This document shows positions 17,866 through 27,202 of a stretch of 32,000 bases of DNA, in pieces. A program made the translations under genes and the position numbers. The notes under the pieces are model-generated. The model had not been told where the DNA came from. It saw only the letters and a list, made by a program, of their open reading frames with translations, and searched no databases. Each line of letters starts with the position of its first letter. Position 1 is the first letter of the stretch. The stretch is taken from the NCBI RefSeq assembly GCF_051097895.1, contig NZ_CP142525.1:2070001-2102000 (forward strand), in the 5' to 3' direction. Source of the stretch: Psychrobacter sp. HD31. GTDB taxonomy: Bacteria > Pseudomonadota > Gammaproteobacteria > Pseudomonadales > Moraxellaceae.

Positions 17866-20139
17866 TTAATATTCAAACGTATAGCTTAAACCATAAGTAG
17901 TGCCCTTAGCATCCAAGCGGTTTAATGGACCATAAGTTGTTTGATGATAAACCGTTTTGTAGTCTTTATTTAATAGGTTATAAATTCCATAATCAAAATG
18001 ACCACTATCAAATTTTACTTGTCCTAATAAATCAAAGGTTGCATACCCTGTGACTGGTTGTGATTTTACATTTTCTTTATGTGCCTTGTCTGTGCCACCA
18101 ATAGCTAACGCCTGTAAGCGCATATTACTACCACCCTCAAAATTATATTGAGCAAATGCCGTGCCTTTAAGTGGTGTGATACGAGTGGCATCTAGCTCTA
18201 ACCAATCATCACTGTTTTCTGCTTTGTATTGACCGCGAGTATAAGCGAGGGTTGAACCAACTGACCATGCATCATTTATATCGTGACTTACTCCAGCTTC
18301 CACACCATACACACGCTCATCCGTATCTACAATCTCAACCAAATATTCAGGGGGTGTAAATTGTACGGTTTTATCAGAGGTATTATAGAAACCAGCAATT
18401 CTGGCTTTAGTTGTATCAAAATTACCTAACCAGCCAAGTTCATAACTATTAACAGTAATTGGTTGCACGTTTTCAGAGTCAACTACATAGCCTGCAGGCA
18501 CACTTCTTAAAGCACGTTGGACATCAGAGATACTAAAACCTTGCGAAAAATTAGCAAACACCTGATTTTCTGGATTAATTTGGTAGCTTGCACCCAAGTT
18601 GAACAAAGCTTTGCTGTGTTCTGTTTCTCCAGCTTCTACCGTCCCGTCATATGACTTACCAAGACGTTTTGCAAAATCTGCAATCAGCTGTTGTTTTATT
18701 GGTATATACTTATCTGTCTGAGCAGTAATATTTTGATAACGTATACCCGCACTCGTATGAAGTTTATCAGTCACATCAATATCGGCATTAATAAAAGCGC
18801 CCAATTTTTCAACGGTTGTATCAGGACCGCCAAAGTATTTTTTGCCATCTTTGTTAGCGATGAGTCCATTACTGGCATAAAGCTCACCGAAGTTAATACC
18901 ATAGTAGGTTTGTTTGTCTTCTTCGCTTTCAAAATCAACACCATAGCTAAATAGTGCGTCTTTACCCGCTAAGTTTGCTTCTGTCTGCATGGCAGCACGC
19001 ACGCCCATAACCTTAATGTCTGCTTCAGACTGTGCTGCAAAATAGGCTTTTTTGGCAGCTTTTACCGCTTTAGGGTCTGTGATTCCATTATCTTTTAGAT
19101 ATTTTTTTGCCTCAGCAATAAAATAGTTCGCAGAAGGATAAAAACGACCTTCTTCTGTGCGGTAGTAACCGGTAATATTTAAGTTAGACCCTAAAATATC
19201 ATCATTATGGTAATTCAGGCTCACAGAGTTTTTATTGCTATACGGCTGGTCTTCTAATTTAGCACCTTTAATAGCTTTTAATGATGGTTGTTGACCAAAT
19301 AATACGGCCATACCTTGACCATAATCGGGAGCATACTCGGTGTCTTGTTCATTATTGTAATGAGTAACCGCAAGGTTAATATTTTGCGTATCCGTCAGGT
19401 CTATACCAAGGTTGGCGTTCACACTTAAGGTCTTAGTATCTTGTTGGTCTGTCTGATAAGCATCAGGACTAATGCGGTCAGCATGGCTGTCAAAACTGCC
19501 GCCTTTGGTTTCATAATCTACATCCAGTCGACCATAAACTTTGTCATCTGCATAGTCAACGGACTGCCCAACATTAAAGCCCAATGATTCGTCTTCGAAG
19601 GTACGGTTACTGTTCACACCAATACGAGTTTCGCCATGCAGTCCATAGTCTGAACCAGCAGATTTGGTAACCAAGTTAATCAAACCACCTGTTGCACCCG
19701 CACCATAAATACTGGTTGAGCCTGATAAGACTTCAATGCGCTCTAGCTGAGACGGATCAATGCTATTAAGTTGACGAGAAATATCACGCGCACCTGTTAA
19801 AGGGACGCCATTTAGCAAATATTGAACCTTACGACCATGCATAGTGGTGGTATAGTTACTGGTAGAGCCACTCCCTGTGCCAAGGCTTGGTACTAGTTGA
19901 CCTAAAATATCACTTACCATACGATTACCAATTGCTTGTGTCGCTATTTCGTCTTCATAAATAACTTGCGTAACCGCTGGCATTTCGCTAATTTTTTGAC
20001 CCAATGCGGTGCCTGTTTTCGCTTCAGCAGTTATGGTAATGGTATCTAGCGTGGCGGTTGGCGATGCGTTTTCTGCATAAAGTTGTTGGCAGACACATAG
20101 CGTAAGTACTGATAAAGTGAGTTTTTGGTAATTTTTCAT
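17866..20139 (-). CDS. TonB-dependent (siderophore-type) outer-membrane receptor, substrate unknown
   Basis: I moved the start to MKNYQKLTLSVLTLCVCQQLYAEN (ATG 20139..20137, GGAGAAAC RBS). It has TonB box LDTITITA, a plug domain and terminal YTFEY. 757 aa. Confidence 0.85.
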   Translation of the reverse strand: MKNYQKLTLSVLTLCVCQQLYAENASPTATLDTITITAEAKTGTALGQKISEMPAVTQVIYEDEIATQAIGNRMVSDILGQLVPSLGTGSGSTSNYTTTMHGRKVQYLLNGVPLTGARDISRQLNSIDPSQLERIEVLSGSTSIYGAGATGGLINLVTKSAGSDYGLHGETRIGVNSNRTFEDESLGFNVGQSVDYADDKVYGRLDVDYETKGGSFDSHADRISPDAYQTDQQDTKTLSVNANLGIDLTDTQNINLAVTHYNNEQDTEYAPDYGQGMAVLFGQQPSLKAIKGAKLEDQPYSNKNSVSLNYHNDDILGSNLNITGYYRTEEGRFYPSANYFIAEAKKYLKDNGITDPKAVKAAKKAYFAAQSEADIKVMGVRAAMQTEANLAGKDALFSYGVDFESEEDKQTYYGINFGELYASNGLIANKDGKKYFGGPDTTVEKLGAFINADIDVTDKLHTSAGIRYQNITAQTDKYIPIKQQLIADFAKRLGKSYDGTVEAGETEHSKALFNLGASYQINPENQVFANFSQGFSISDVQRALRSVPAGYVVDSENVQPITVNSYELGWLGNFDTTKARIAGFYNTSDKTVQFTPPEYLVEIVDTDERVYGVEAGVSHDINDAWSVGSTLAYTRGQYKAENSDDWLELDATRITPLKGTAFAQYNFEGGSNMRLQALAIGGTDKAHKENVKSQPVTGYATFDLLGQVKFDSGHFDYGIYNLLNKDYKTVYHQTTYGPLNRLDAKGTTYGLSYTFEY

Positions 20140-20210
20140 TGTTTCTCCAAAAGAGTAAAAGGGAATTAAATTTATAGAGTACAAAAAGGTTGGACTCATA
20201 AGAAAGTGAT

Positions 20211-20236
20211 ATTATACGATAAGAATAATCATTATT
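20211..20236 (-). promoter_or_regulatory. Fur box plus -10 element upstream of receptor 17866..20139
   Basis: 20218-20236 gataagaataatcattatt matches the 19-bp Fur consensus at 16/19. A perfect minus-strand TATAAT lies at 20216..20211, immediately downstream. Confidence 0.7.
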
Positions 20237-20261
20237 GTTTATAATTATGAAGCAATGCTTA

Positions 20262-20540
20262 TTACTTTGTTAATTTTTTTTTAGGTTTGATAGCAGCCAT
20301 TGCCCAGCCAATTAAAAACAAGCCTGCTAACCACATGATAAATGCCGAAAATAGTTTGCCAAATAAAAGCACTAAGGCAGGGCAAAAAACCAATATCCAT
20401 AGTACCTTAGTATGTTGGTTATTTTGTGGAATGGCTGATAGCTTGTGGGTGCGCCTGCGTTTAGGGTTAGTCTGCACTAAGCGATGCAGAAATACACCAC
20501 TAAAAATAAGGCTAACAAGGGCAAAGGTAATAGAGCTCAT
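20262..20540 (-). CDS. Small 3-TM membrane protein, DUF3325-like
   Basis: 92 aa: TM, then basic loop HRLVQTNPKRRRTH, then two TMs. It lies directly after a PepSY-TM gene, where DUF3325 genes usually sit. No clear RBS. Confidence 0.45.
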   Translation of the reverse strand: MSSITFALVSLIFSGVFLHRLVQTNPKRRRTHKLSAIPQNNQHTKVLWILVFCPALVLLFGKLFSAFIMWLAGLFLIGWAMAAIKPKKKLTK

Positions 20541-20624
20541 AAATTATTTTGTGTTTATTAGAAAAAAATCTTGTTGAAATAAAATACTGTGGTCATTAAT
20601 AAAACGTTTAACATAAGATTTAAA

Positions 20625-22346
20625 CTACTTTTTAGTTAAAAACCTATGATAAAAAATCAGCCCAGCAATGATAAAAAATAAATCGATAACAATAATACTT
20701 GGTGTATAGTTTTTAGCCAAAGTCAACCATCCAATGTGTGATGATTGCCAACGGATGATAGGTAAAAGTAATAAAAAGAATGCCAACACAAAGCGAAAAT
20801 ACTGATTGATATATTGCATTGATTTGTTAAGCCGAATATCGATAGATTGCGTATTGTTTTTGATGTGGGTCATAGACAAAGTAGACTGAGTCTCTACCTT
20901 TATTGATGTGTTATCAAGAGAGTTGTTGGTATTCATTTGATAGACAAAAATCAAACTTGCTAAACTCAATAGCCAGCCCAAGCCAAAGCCTAACCAAATA
21001 GATGTTTCCATGGATATGTTGATGGCACTGGTATAGCAAAAGAAAAACCCAAGTCCTGCCGATAAAAATGAAATCGGTACACCATAGCTGATGATAGGAA
21101 CACTAAAATATAAACGACGCCAGCTGGCTTGTTTGATACGACGCTCAAACCACAGTTTGAATCCAGTAATCACTACATAGCATAAAAGCAAGCCTAATCC
21201 AAACCACAATAGTTTAGATAACCAACCAGAAAAGTTACCAAAATGTAAAGAGAACATCAGCTGGAGAGTGTCACTACTTATTGTGGGCTTTTGACCGACG
21301 ATTGATAACTCTTGTATGAACTCACCTGTATTACCATCAAACATTAGCTCGTTGGTCATAAAGTCTTTGTCAATATAGCCTGCAAAATGACGAGTAATCA
21401 CAACGCTTTGCTCACTACCATAACCCCTAATATTGATTTGATTGGGGTAACTGTCAATGCGTTTTTGACTTTCAATAATGATGTTGTCAAGGTTGAGTAG
21501 CTGATTACTATGACTCACTTCACTTGCTAATGCCACACTGGGTTTGCCAGAAACCTTTTCCATTGCTGTATTAATATCGCCTTTAAATGCCGTATAAGCA
21601 ATGGTAGGCAGACCAAGCGTCAATGCAAAGCTTAAAAAAGCACCCGTAAATGCCAGTACAAAGGCATAAGGCAATGTCCATGTAGCTGCTAGGTTGTGTC
21701 CATCACGATAGTTAATGGTTTTTCCAGTTTTGTTTTTGGGTTTGCGAGGTGACAAAAACATATCTTTAATAAGGTGTCTGTGCAATAAAAACCCCGATAC
21801 CGCTGATACCAACAATAACAAGCCGATAATACCCGTAGCGTAAAATCCAAGACGGCCAGGAATGTAAAGGTTGGTATGCATAAACCTCATAAACTGAACC
21901 CATTCAGTGCCAGAAGGGTCTTCAAAGTTAGCAGGAAAACCAATTTGTCTGTTTTGTATAATTTGTTTTCTTAACGTCGTTTTTGGATTATTAATCGTAT
22001 TCAAGTTGATGCTGTACTGCACGCCATAAGGCTGTTTTTGACCTTTTTTATTTAAGCGATGCTCATGAAAAAACACTTCTAACTCACCATGATGCTTATG
22101 AATATCAATGTCTTGCCAAAGTTCTTGCGCGGTATTTTTTGCCAAATGATTAACAAGATCAGTAACCGAACTGTCAATAACCTCAGATGTTTGTAGGTGG
22201 CTGGCTGACCATTGTTCAAGCTCATTTTCAAATACCACCACGGCACCTGTAAAGACCACAATGTACAGTAAAAAACCCAACACTAATCCTGTCCATCCAT
22301 GAATGGCAAGTTGTCGTTTGGTGTTGTCTTTAGAAAGTTTAATCAT
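20625..22346 (-). CDS. PepSY-associated TM-helix protein (PiuB/FoxB-like putative siderophore-iron reductase) with extra C-terminal TM region
   Basis: I moved the start to MIKLSKDNTKRQLAIHGWTGL (ATG 22346..22344). There are four H-containing PepSY_TM-type helices (AIHGWTGLVLG...TG, FMHTNLY...SG, GHNLAATW...TG, SLHFGNFSG...TG...W..R). A further ~170 aa follow with about 4 more hydrophobic segments. Confidence 0.8.
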   Translation of the reverse strand: MIKLSKDNTKRQLAIHGWTGLVLGFLLYIVVFTGAVVVFENELEQWSASHLQTSEVIDSSVTDLVNHLAKNTAQELWQDIDIHKHHGELEVFFHEHRLNKKGQKQPYGVQYSINLNTINNPKTTLRKQIIQNRQIGFPANFEDPSGTEWVQFMRFMHTNLYIPGRLGFYATGIIGLLLLVSAVSGFLLHRHLIKDMFLSPRKPKNKTGKTINYRDGHNLAATWTLPYAFVLAFTGAFLSFALTLGLPTIAYTAFKGDINTAMEKVSGKPSVALASEVSHSNQLLNLDNIIIESQKRIDSYPNQINIRGYGSEQSVVITRHFAGYIDKDFMTNELMFDGNTGEFIQELSIVGQKPTISSDTLQLMFSLHFGNFSGWLSKLLWFGLGLLLCYVVITGFKLWFERRIKQASWRRLYFSVPIISYGVPISFLSAGLGFFFCYTSAINISMETSIWLGFGLGWLLSLASLIFVYQMNTNNSLDNTSIKVETQSTLSMTHIKNNTQSIDIRLNKSMQYINQYFRFVLAFFLLLLPIIRWQSSHIGWLTLAKNYTPSIIVIDLFFIIAGLIFYHRFLTKK

Positions 22347-22381
22347 GGTATTAATCGTTGCTCGTTGCTCGTTGCTTGTGG

Positions 22382-22741
22382 TTATAAGAATAATGAAAAT
22401 ACAATAAGCGCAATGTTTAGTACTAACATAGATGACATCACCAAAGTGGCACGTTTTAAGCTGGTTTCTAATAATGGATAGAAAAAGCATAGGCTCCATA
22501 TCAATGGAAATAAAATCACAGGAAAGACCATGTGATAAAGGTGGTTTTCCTTATGTGGTAGCCAAAGAGGTGAGGCTGCCATAATGACGATAGACAATAT
22601 CAAGGCAAGTGGTCCTGCCAACCAAAACCGAGCTGGCAGATATTTGTTAAAGCCATGTTTTATTATTGTCAAAATTACAAGAGCCCTCTTACCAGAAGAG
22701 GGAAGTGCTTTGATTGATTTTTGCTCATTTAAAAGGGGCAT
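22382..22741 (-). CDS. Small membrane protein (possibly DUF3649-like)
   Basis: 119 aa, 3-4 TM. The LPARFWLAGP motif is recalled from DUF3649 proteins found beside PepSY genes. It starts 9 nt after the upstream receptor stop. Confidence 0.4.
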   Translation of the reverse strand: MPLLNEQKSIKALPSSGKRALVILTIIKHGFNKYLPARFWLAGPLALILSIVIMAASPLWLPHKENHLYHMVFPVILFPLIWSLCFFYPLLETSLKRATLVMSSMLVLNIALIVFSLFL

Positions 22742-22750
22742 TGTAACAAC

Positions 22751-24883
22751 TTACCATTCATAATTAACTGTTACACCAAGGGTGCGAGGGTCACCCAATT
22801 CATAAGTATCGGGTAAATTATAACTTAAGGTGTTTGCAATATAGGTCTCATCAAAAGCGTTATTTACATTCACATAAGCTCCCCAGTTGTCTGCTTCATA
22901 CCCTGCTTTTAGATTTACTAATGTATAGGTATCAATTTTTGCAGTATTGCTTAAATCTTCCCAACCTTTACCTTGATGAGTGGCATATCCACCAATAAAC
23001 CAGCCTTCAGGTGAACGATAGGTTGCTCCAGCATTGGCAGTTAGCTGACGAGCGTAATCAAACTCTTTACCACTATAATCAACACCATTATCGATAAATT
23101 CATCAAACTTGGTCTTGACAACACCAATACCCCCTGTTAACTCTAGTTCTGGAGTGATTTGATAAGCCGTTTCAATCTCTATCCCATACAAATGAGATTT
23201 CCCTGCATTAACGACAGAAATATCTCCAGGTAGTCCAGACTTGCCACTAACATAGACTTGTTGATCTTTCCAGTCCGTATAAAATAGGTTACTTGCTAAC
23301 GAGAAGTCATCATTCTTCATGCGGAGAGAAAATTCATAGTTATCTGTATACTCTTCATCATATTCATGGCTGGATTGGGTGACCACATTTGCTGACACGC
23401 CACCAGGGCGATAGCCTCGTTGGTAAACAATACCTGTATTAAGATTATCATTCCAAGCATAATCAAAGCCAATCTTAGGCAACAAAACCTTTTGTGTATT
23501 ATCTGCATCAAAATCACCACCGATGGTATTAATAATACCTTGGGCAAAAGCATCTATAGGAGGAATACCGGTGCCCTTGACGAGTTTGGCATTTGGATCC
23601 GCTTTAATCGTACGTTTGTCATAATCAAGTCGTAACCCACCGATTAACGTTAAATTAGGGTTGACTTTATAATCTATATTGGTAAAGACAGCATAGTTTG
23701 TGTATTCATCAGTTTGGTGCGTTGTGTAGTCAGCCAAAATGTTAAAGCCCCGAATACTGTATGGGACATTTAAAGTTTCTAACTGGTTAACAAATTCACC
23801 TTCTGTTGCATACAAACCAACAACGGCTTTTATATTGTCATCATTGTCGTAGTTGAATAAAAGCTCTTCTGACCAGTTATTTGCACTTCTATCGTTGTTG
23901 TGTCGTGCATCACCTGCTGCGCCATCTCGATCACTTTCTCTATCAAAAGTTAAGTCTTGATAACCGGTGGTTGATTTTAGTGACCAATTGTCAGTCAAAT
24001 AATTGTTGTATTCTAAACTCAGATTGGTCACATCTGTATCAAAATATACAGGGCTATTATCGGCGTTGATACGTTTTGTTGGGTGAATACTGCTTCGAAT
24101 GCCATTTCTATCATAATCTACATGCGATGCAGTTAGCATAATGTCACTGTCATCATTGATTTCATACAGGAGTTTTCCACGGATACTGGTGTTGGTCTGG
24201 CTATTCCAGTCGTCTTTGTTCTGCACGTTATTGGTATAATGACCATCGGTATGTTTATGCTCGGTACTGATACGATAAGCCAGCTTGTCGGTAATTGCAC
24301 CTGTATTGGCGAGAGCCAGTTGATAGGTATTGTCAGTACCATAGCCTACTTGGACTTTACCACCTTGCTCAAACTCTGGATCTTTACTTTTAACCAGCAT
24401 CGCACCTGCCAAAGCATTGCGACCTGCTGTGGTAGACTGAGGACCTCGTAGCACCTCTACTTGTTGTAAATCCCATGTCGAGATAATACCGGGTTGGTTT
24501 GCCATATAGTTTTGTGACACGCCATCGACAGTCACACTAAAGGTGTCGGCAGCACCGCCACCACTGCCAGTACGTGAAATACCACGAATGGTAAAGCTTG
24601 TCTCATTGGTGACACTCACATTGGGTGCTTTTTGTAGGATATCGGTGAAGTCATCTAAAGATGGGTCGTCTTGTATTTGATCAGCAGTGGTTATGTTGAC
24701 ACTATCTACCGTGTCCTGACTGGTACGCTCAATTTTACCGGCAGTAATGACAATGGTGTCTAGTGTTGTGGTTGGTGTGTCTTCATTTTCTTTTACTACT
24801 TGTACGTCAGTGGTTTCAGCATATAGCTGCTGAGAAATACAAATCGTCAGTAGGGATAGGGTAAGTTTTTGATAAGTTTTCAT
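22751..24883 (-). CDS. TonB-dependent outer-membrane receptor (paralogue A), substrate unknown
   Basis: 710 aa. Signal peptide MKTYQKLTLSLLTICISQQLYAET, TonB box LDTIVITA, plug VEVLRGPQSTTAGRNALAG, terminal VTVNYEW. Confidence 0.88.
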   Translation of the reverse strand: MKTYQKLTLSLLTICISQQLYAETTDVQVVKENEDTPTTTLDTIVITAGKIERTSQDTVDSVNITTADQIQDDPSLDDFTDILQKAPNVSVTNETSFTIRGISRTGSGGGAADTFSVTVDGVSQNYMANQPGIISTWDLQQVEVLRGPQSTTAGRNALAGAMLVKSKDPEFEQGGKVQVGYGTDNTYQLALANTGAITDKLAYRISTEHKHTDGHYTNNVQNKDDWNSQTNTSIRGKLLYEINDDSDIMLTASHVDYDRNGIRSSIHPTKRINADNSPVYFDTDVTNLSLEYNNYLTDNWSLKSTTGYQDLTFDRESDRDGAAGDARHNNDRSANNWSEELLFNYDNDDNIKAVVGLYATEGEFVNQLETLNVPYSIRGFNILADYTTHQTDEYTNYAVFTNIDYKVNPNLTLIGGLRLDYDKRTIKADPNAKLVKGTGIPPIDAFAQGIINTIGGDFDADNTQKVLLPKIGFDYAWNDNLNTGIVYQRGYRPGGVSANVVTQSSHEYDEEYTDNYEFSLRMKNDDFSLASNLFYTDWKDQQVYVSGKSGLPGDISVVNAGKSHLYGIEIETAYQITPELELTGGIGVVKTKFDEFIDNGVDYSGKEFDYARQLTANAGATYRSPEGWFIGGYATHQGKGWEDLSNTAKIDTYTLVNLKAGYEADNWGAYVNVNNAFDETYIANTLSYNLPDTYELGDPRTLGVTVNYEW

Positions 24884-25069
24884 AAAATTAATTACTACTG
24901 GATAAAATGTTATGTGTAAATAAAACCGTTCTAATTATTGAATCAATTAAAACCGTCGCTGGTATAAAACTTAGATAAATCTAGCTTATTTAGTTGAGTT
25001 ATTAATATTTAAGTGCAACCATCATTTAAAATAGATGGTTGCTTAATGCTAATCCGTTACAAATGTAAC

Positions 25070-27202
25070 TTACCATTCATAATTAACCGTCACGCCAAGG
25101 GTGCGAGGGTCGCCAATATAGTATTCTTCATAACCACCAAAATCCCATTGGTTATAGACATAATTGGTATCAAAGAAGTTATTAACGTAGGCATAAGCGC
25201 CCCAGTTTTCTGTTTCGTATCCAGCTTTTAAATTAACAAGCGTGTATGCTTCTAGTTCTATGTCATTTTCTAAGTTATCCCAACCTTTGCCGTTATAGTT
25301 GGCATAACCACCAAAGAACCAGCCTGCAGGATCACGATATGTCATGCCAAGGTTGGAGGTAACATTACGGGCTTGCTCAAATTCTTTACCAGCGAAATCA
25401 ACCCCATTATTCGTAAACTCATCAAACTCAGTTTGTAATAAACCAATGCCTCCTGTTAGCTCGACTTCAGGAGTCATTTGATAAACTGCATCAAGCTCTA
25501 AACCGTATAAGTGTGATTTACCAGCATTGACATCATAGGTATCATATGGAAAATCACTCTGGTCTACACTCACTTGTTGGTCTTTCCAGTCGGTATAAAA
25601 TAGGTTGCCTTGTAATGAAAAATTGCCAGAGTCGTTTTTATAACGTGTTGATAGCTCAAAGTTATTTGTAAATTCTGGGTCAAATTGTTTGACTTCACGG
25701 CGCACAATATTGACTGAGGCGCCACCAGGGCGATAGCCTCTTTGATATTGTATGCCTGTTTTTAAATTATCATTCCAAGCGTAGTTTAAACCAAGTTTAG
25801 GTAACCATACTTTATTGACGTGTTCACCTTTTGCTTCTCCAACTGCCTGAGATAAAAACCCTTGGATGTTTTGATCGATATATGGATTACCAGTGCCTTT
25901 TACTAGTTCAACCTCAGGGGTATTGCCATTAGTACGTTTGTCGTAGTCGTAACGCAAACCTGCTAACAAGGTTAATTTATCGGTTACTTGATAGTCTGCA
26001 TTAAAAAATGCAGCATAATTGTCATATTCAGTAAAGTTTTTAGTTTTATTATTAACAGTAACAGGGATAGGGATCCCTGGTGCTTGTAAAGGGAAGTCAT
26101 TCGTCCATTGACTATTGTCGTCTTCTCCTGTCGCAGCATAAAGCCCCACAACTGCTTTTAGATTATCTGCATTATCAAAATTAAATAGTAGCTCTTCAGT
26201 CATTTGTTTTGACTTTGTTTTGTTGTTCCAAGTTGATAAACCAAATCGCCCATCATTGTCGCTTGATCTATCGTAGTCTGTTTTTGAATAGGCAGTTGTT
26301 GATTTTAAAGACCAGTTTTCTGAAAAATCGTTGTTGTATTCGATACTGGTATTTGTGGTTTCAGTGTTATAAAAGGTTGGCGTATTATCATAACTAATGT
26401 GTTCTTTTTTACTATTAGTTTCTGACGAACCATTGATATCAAGTTTAGTTTGTGAAAGGGTGAGCTTAATATCACTTTCATCATTAATGAGATATAACAA
26501 TTTACCTCTGACGGTGTTCGTGTCTGAATTATTCCAGTCATCTTGCTTAAAATAGGTATTCTTGCTGTGCCCATCGGTGTGTTTGTGTTCGGCACTGATG
26601 CGATAGGCGAGCTTATCGGTAATTGCGCCAGTATTGGCAAAGGCAGCTTGATAAGTATTGTCTGTCCCGTATCCCACTTGAGCTTTGCCTGCTTGTTCAA
26701 ACTCAGGGTCTTTTGATTGTATGACCACCGAGCCTGCTAAGGCATTTTGACCTGCCGTGGTTGATTGGGGACCTCGTAAAACTTCGACTTGTTCAATATC
26801 CCATGTGGAGATATTACCAGTATAGGTCGATCTGTTATTTTGGGTAACGCCATCTAACATATAATTAATAGTGGGAGCAGCACCGCCACCAGTGACGCTT
26901 TGTGTATTAACCCCACGGATATTGATGTTATAGTCTGATTCAGAAGTGACATTTGAGGTGTTTTTTAAAACATCATAAAAGTCAATTAATGCAGGATTAT
27001 CTTCTAGTTCTTGTGCGGTGGTTACCTTAACACTTTCTACGGTATCTTGAGCGGTACGATCAATTTTACCGGCGGTAATAACAATGGTATCTAGTGTGGC
27101 AGTTGGTGTCTGGTTTGCCTGTAAATCATTGGTTTCAGCATATAACTGCTGAGAAATACAAATTGTTAGTAAAGATAGGGATAGCTTTTGGTAAGTTTTC
27201 AT
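25070..27202 (-). CDS. TonB-dependent outer-membrane receptor (paralogue B), substrate unknown
   Basis: 710 aa, colinear with 22751..24883. Signal peptide MKTYQKLSLSLLTICISQQLYAET, LDTIVITA, VEVLRGPQSTTAGQNALAG, terminal VTVNYEW. Confidence 0.88.
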   Translation of the reverse strand: MKTYQKLSLSLLTICISQQLYAETNDLQANQTPTATLDTIVITAGKIDRTAQDTVESVKVTTAQELEDNPALIDFYDVLKNTSNVTSESDYNINIRGVNTQSVTGGGAAPTINYMLDGVTQNNRSTYTGNISTWDIEQVEVLRGPQSTTAGQNALAGSVVIQSKDPEFEQAGKAQVGYGTDNTYQAAFANTGAITDKLAYRISAEHKHTDGHSKNTYFKQDDWNNSDTNTVRGKLLYLINDESDIKLTLSQTKLDINGSSETNSKKEHISYDNTPTFYNTETTNTSIEYNNDFSENWSLKSTTAYSKTDYDRSSDNDGRFGLSTWNNKTKSKQMTEELLFNFDNADNLKAVVGLYAATGEDDNSQWTNDFPLQAPGIPIPVTVNNKTKNFTEYDNYAAFFNADYQVTDKLTLLAGLRYDYDKRTNGNTPEVELVKGTGNPYIDQNIQGFLSQAVGEAKGEHVNKVWLPKLGLNYAWNDNLKTGIQYQRGYRPGGASVNIVRREVKQFDPEFTNNFELSTRYKNDSGNFSLQGNLFYTDWKDQQVSVDQSDFPYDTYDVNAGKSHLYGLELDAVYQMTPEVELTGGIGLLQTEFDEFTNNGVDFAGKEFEQARNVTSNLGMTYRDPAGWFFGGYANYNGKGWDNLENDIELEAYTLVNLKAGYETENWGAYAYVNNFFDTNYVYNQWDFGGYEEYYIGDPRTLGVTVNYEW

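Noticed and set aside
20274-20282. T9 (coding-strand A9) homopolymer as a possible phase-variation tract.
   Set aside because: It lies in the last few codons (PKKKL) of the 92-aa ORF. Slippage would alter only the extreme C-terminus, so an on/off switch is unlikely.
20287-20577. 96-aa plus-strand ORF opposite the 92-aa DUF3325-like ORF.
   Set aside because: The minus-strand frame fits the operon direction and gives a clean 3-TM topology. The plus frame gives no coherent features.
20625-22499. Long N-terminal extensions in the track ORFs for the PepSY protein (to 22499), receptor (to 20199), hmuV (to 11985) and exbB (from 28710).
   Set aside because: Internal ATGs give canonical N-termini (signal peptide, PepSY first helix, translational coupling TAATG, or a GAGGA RBS). 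The extensions overlap upstream genes or lack an RBS.
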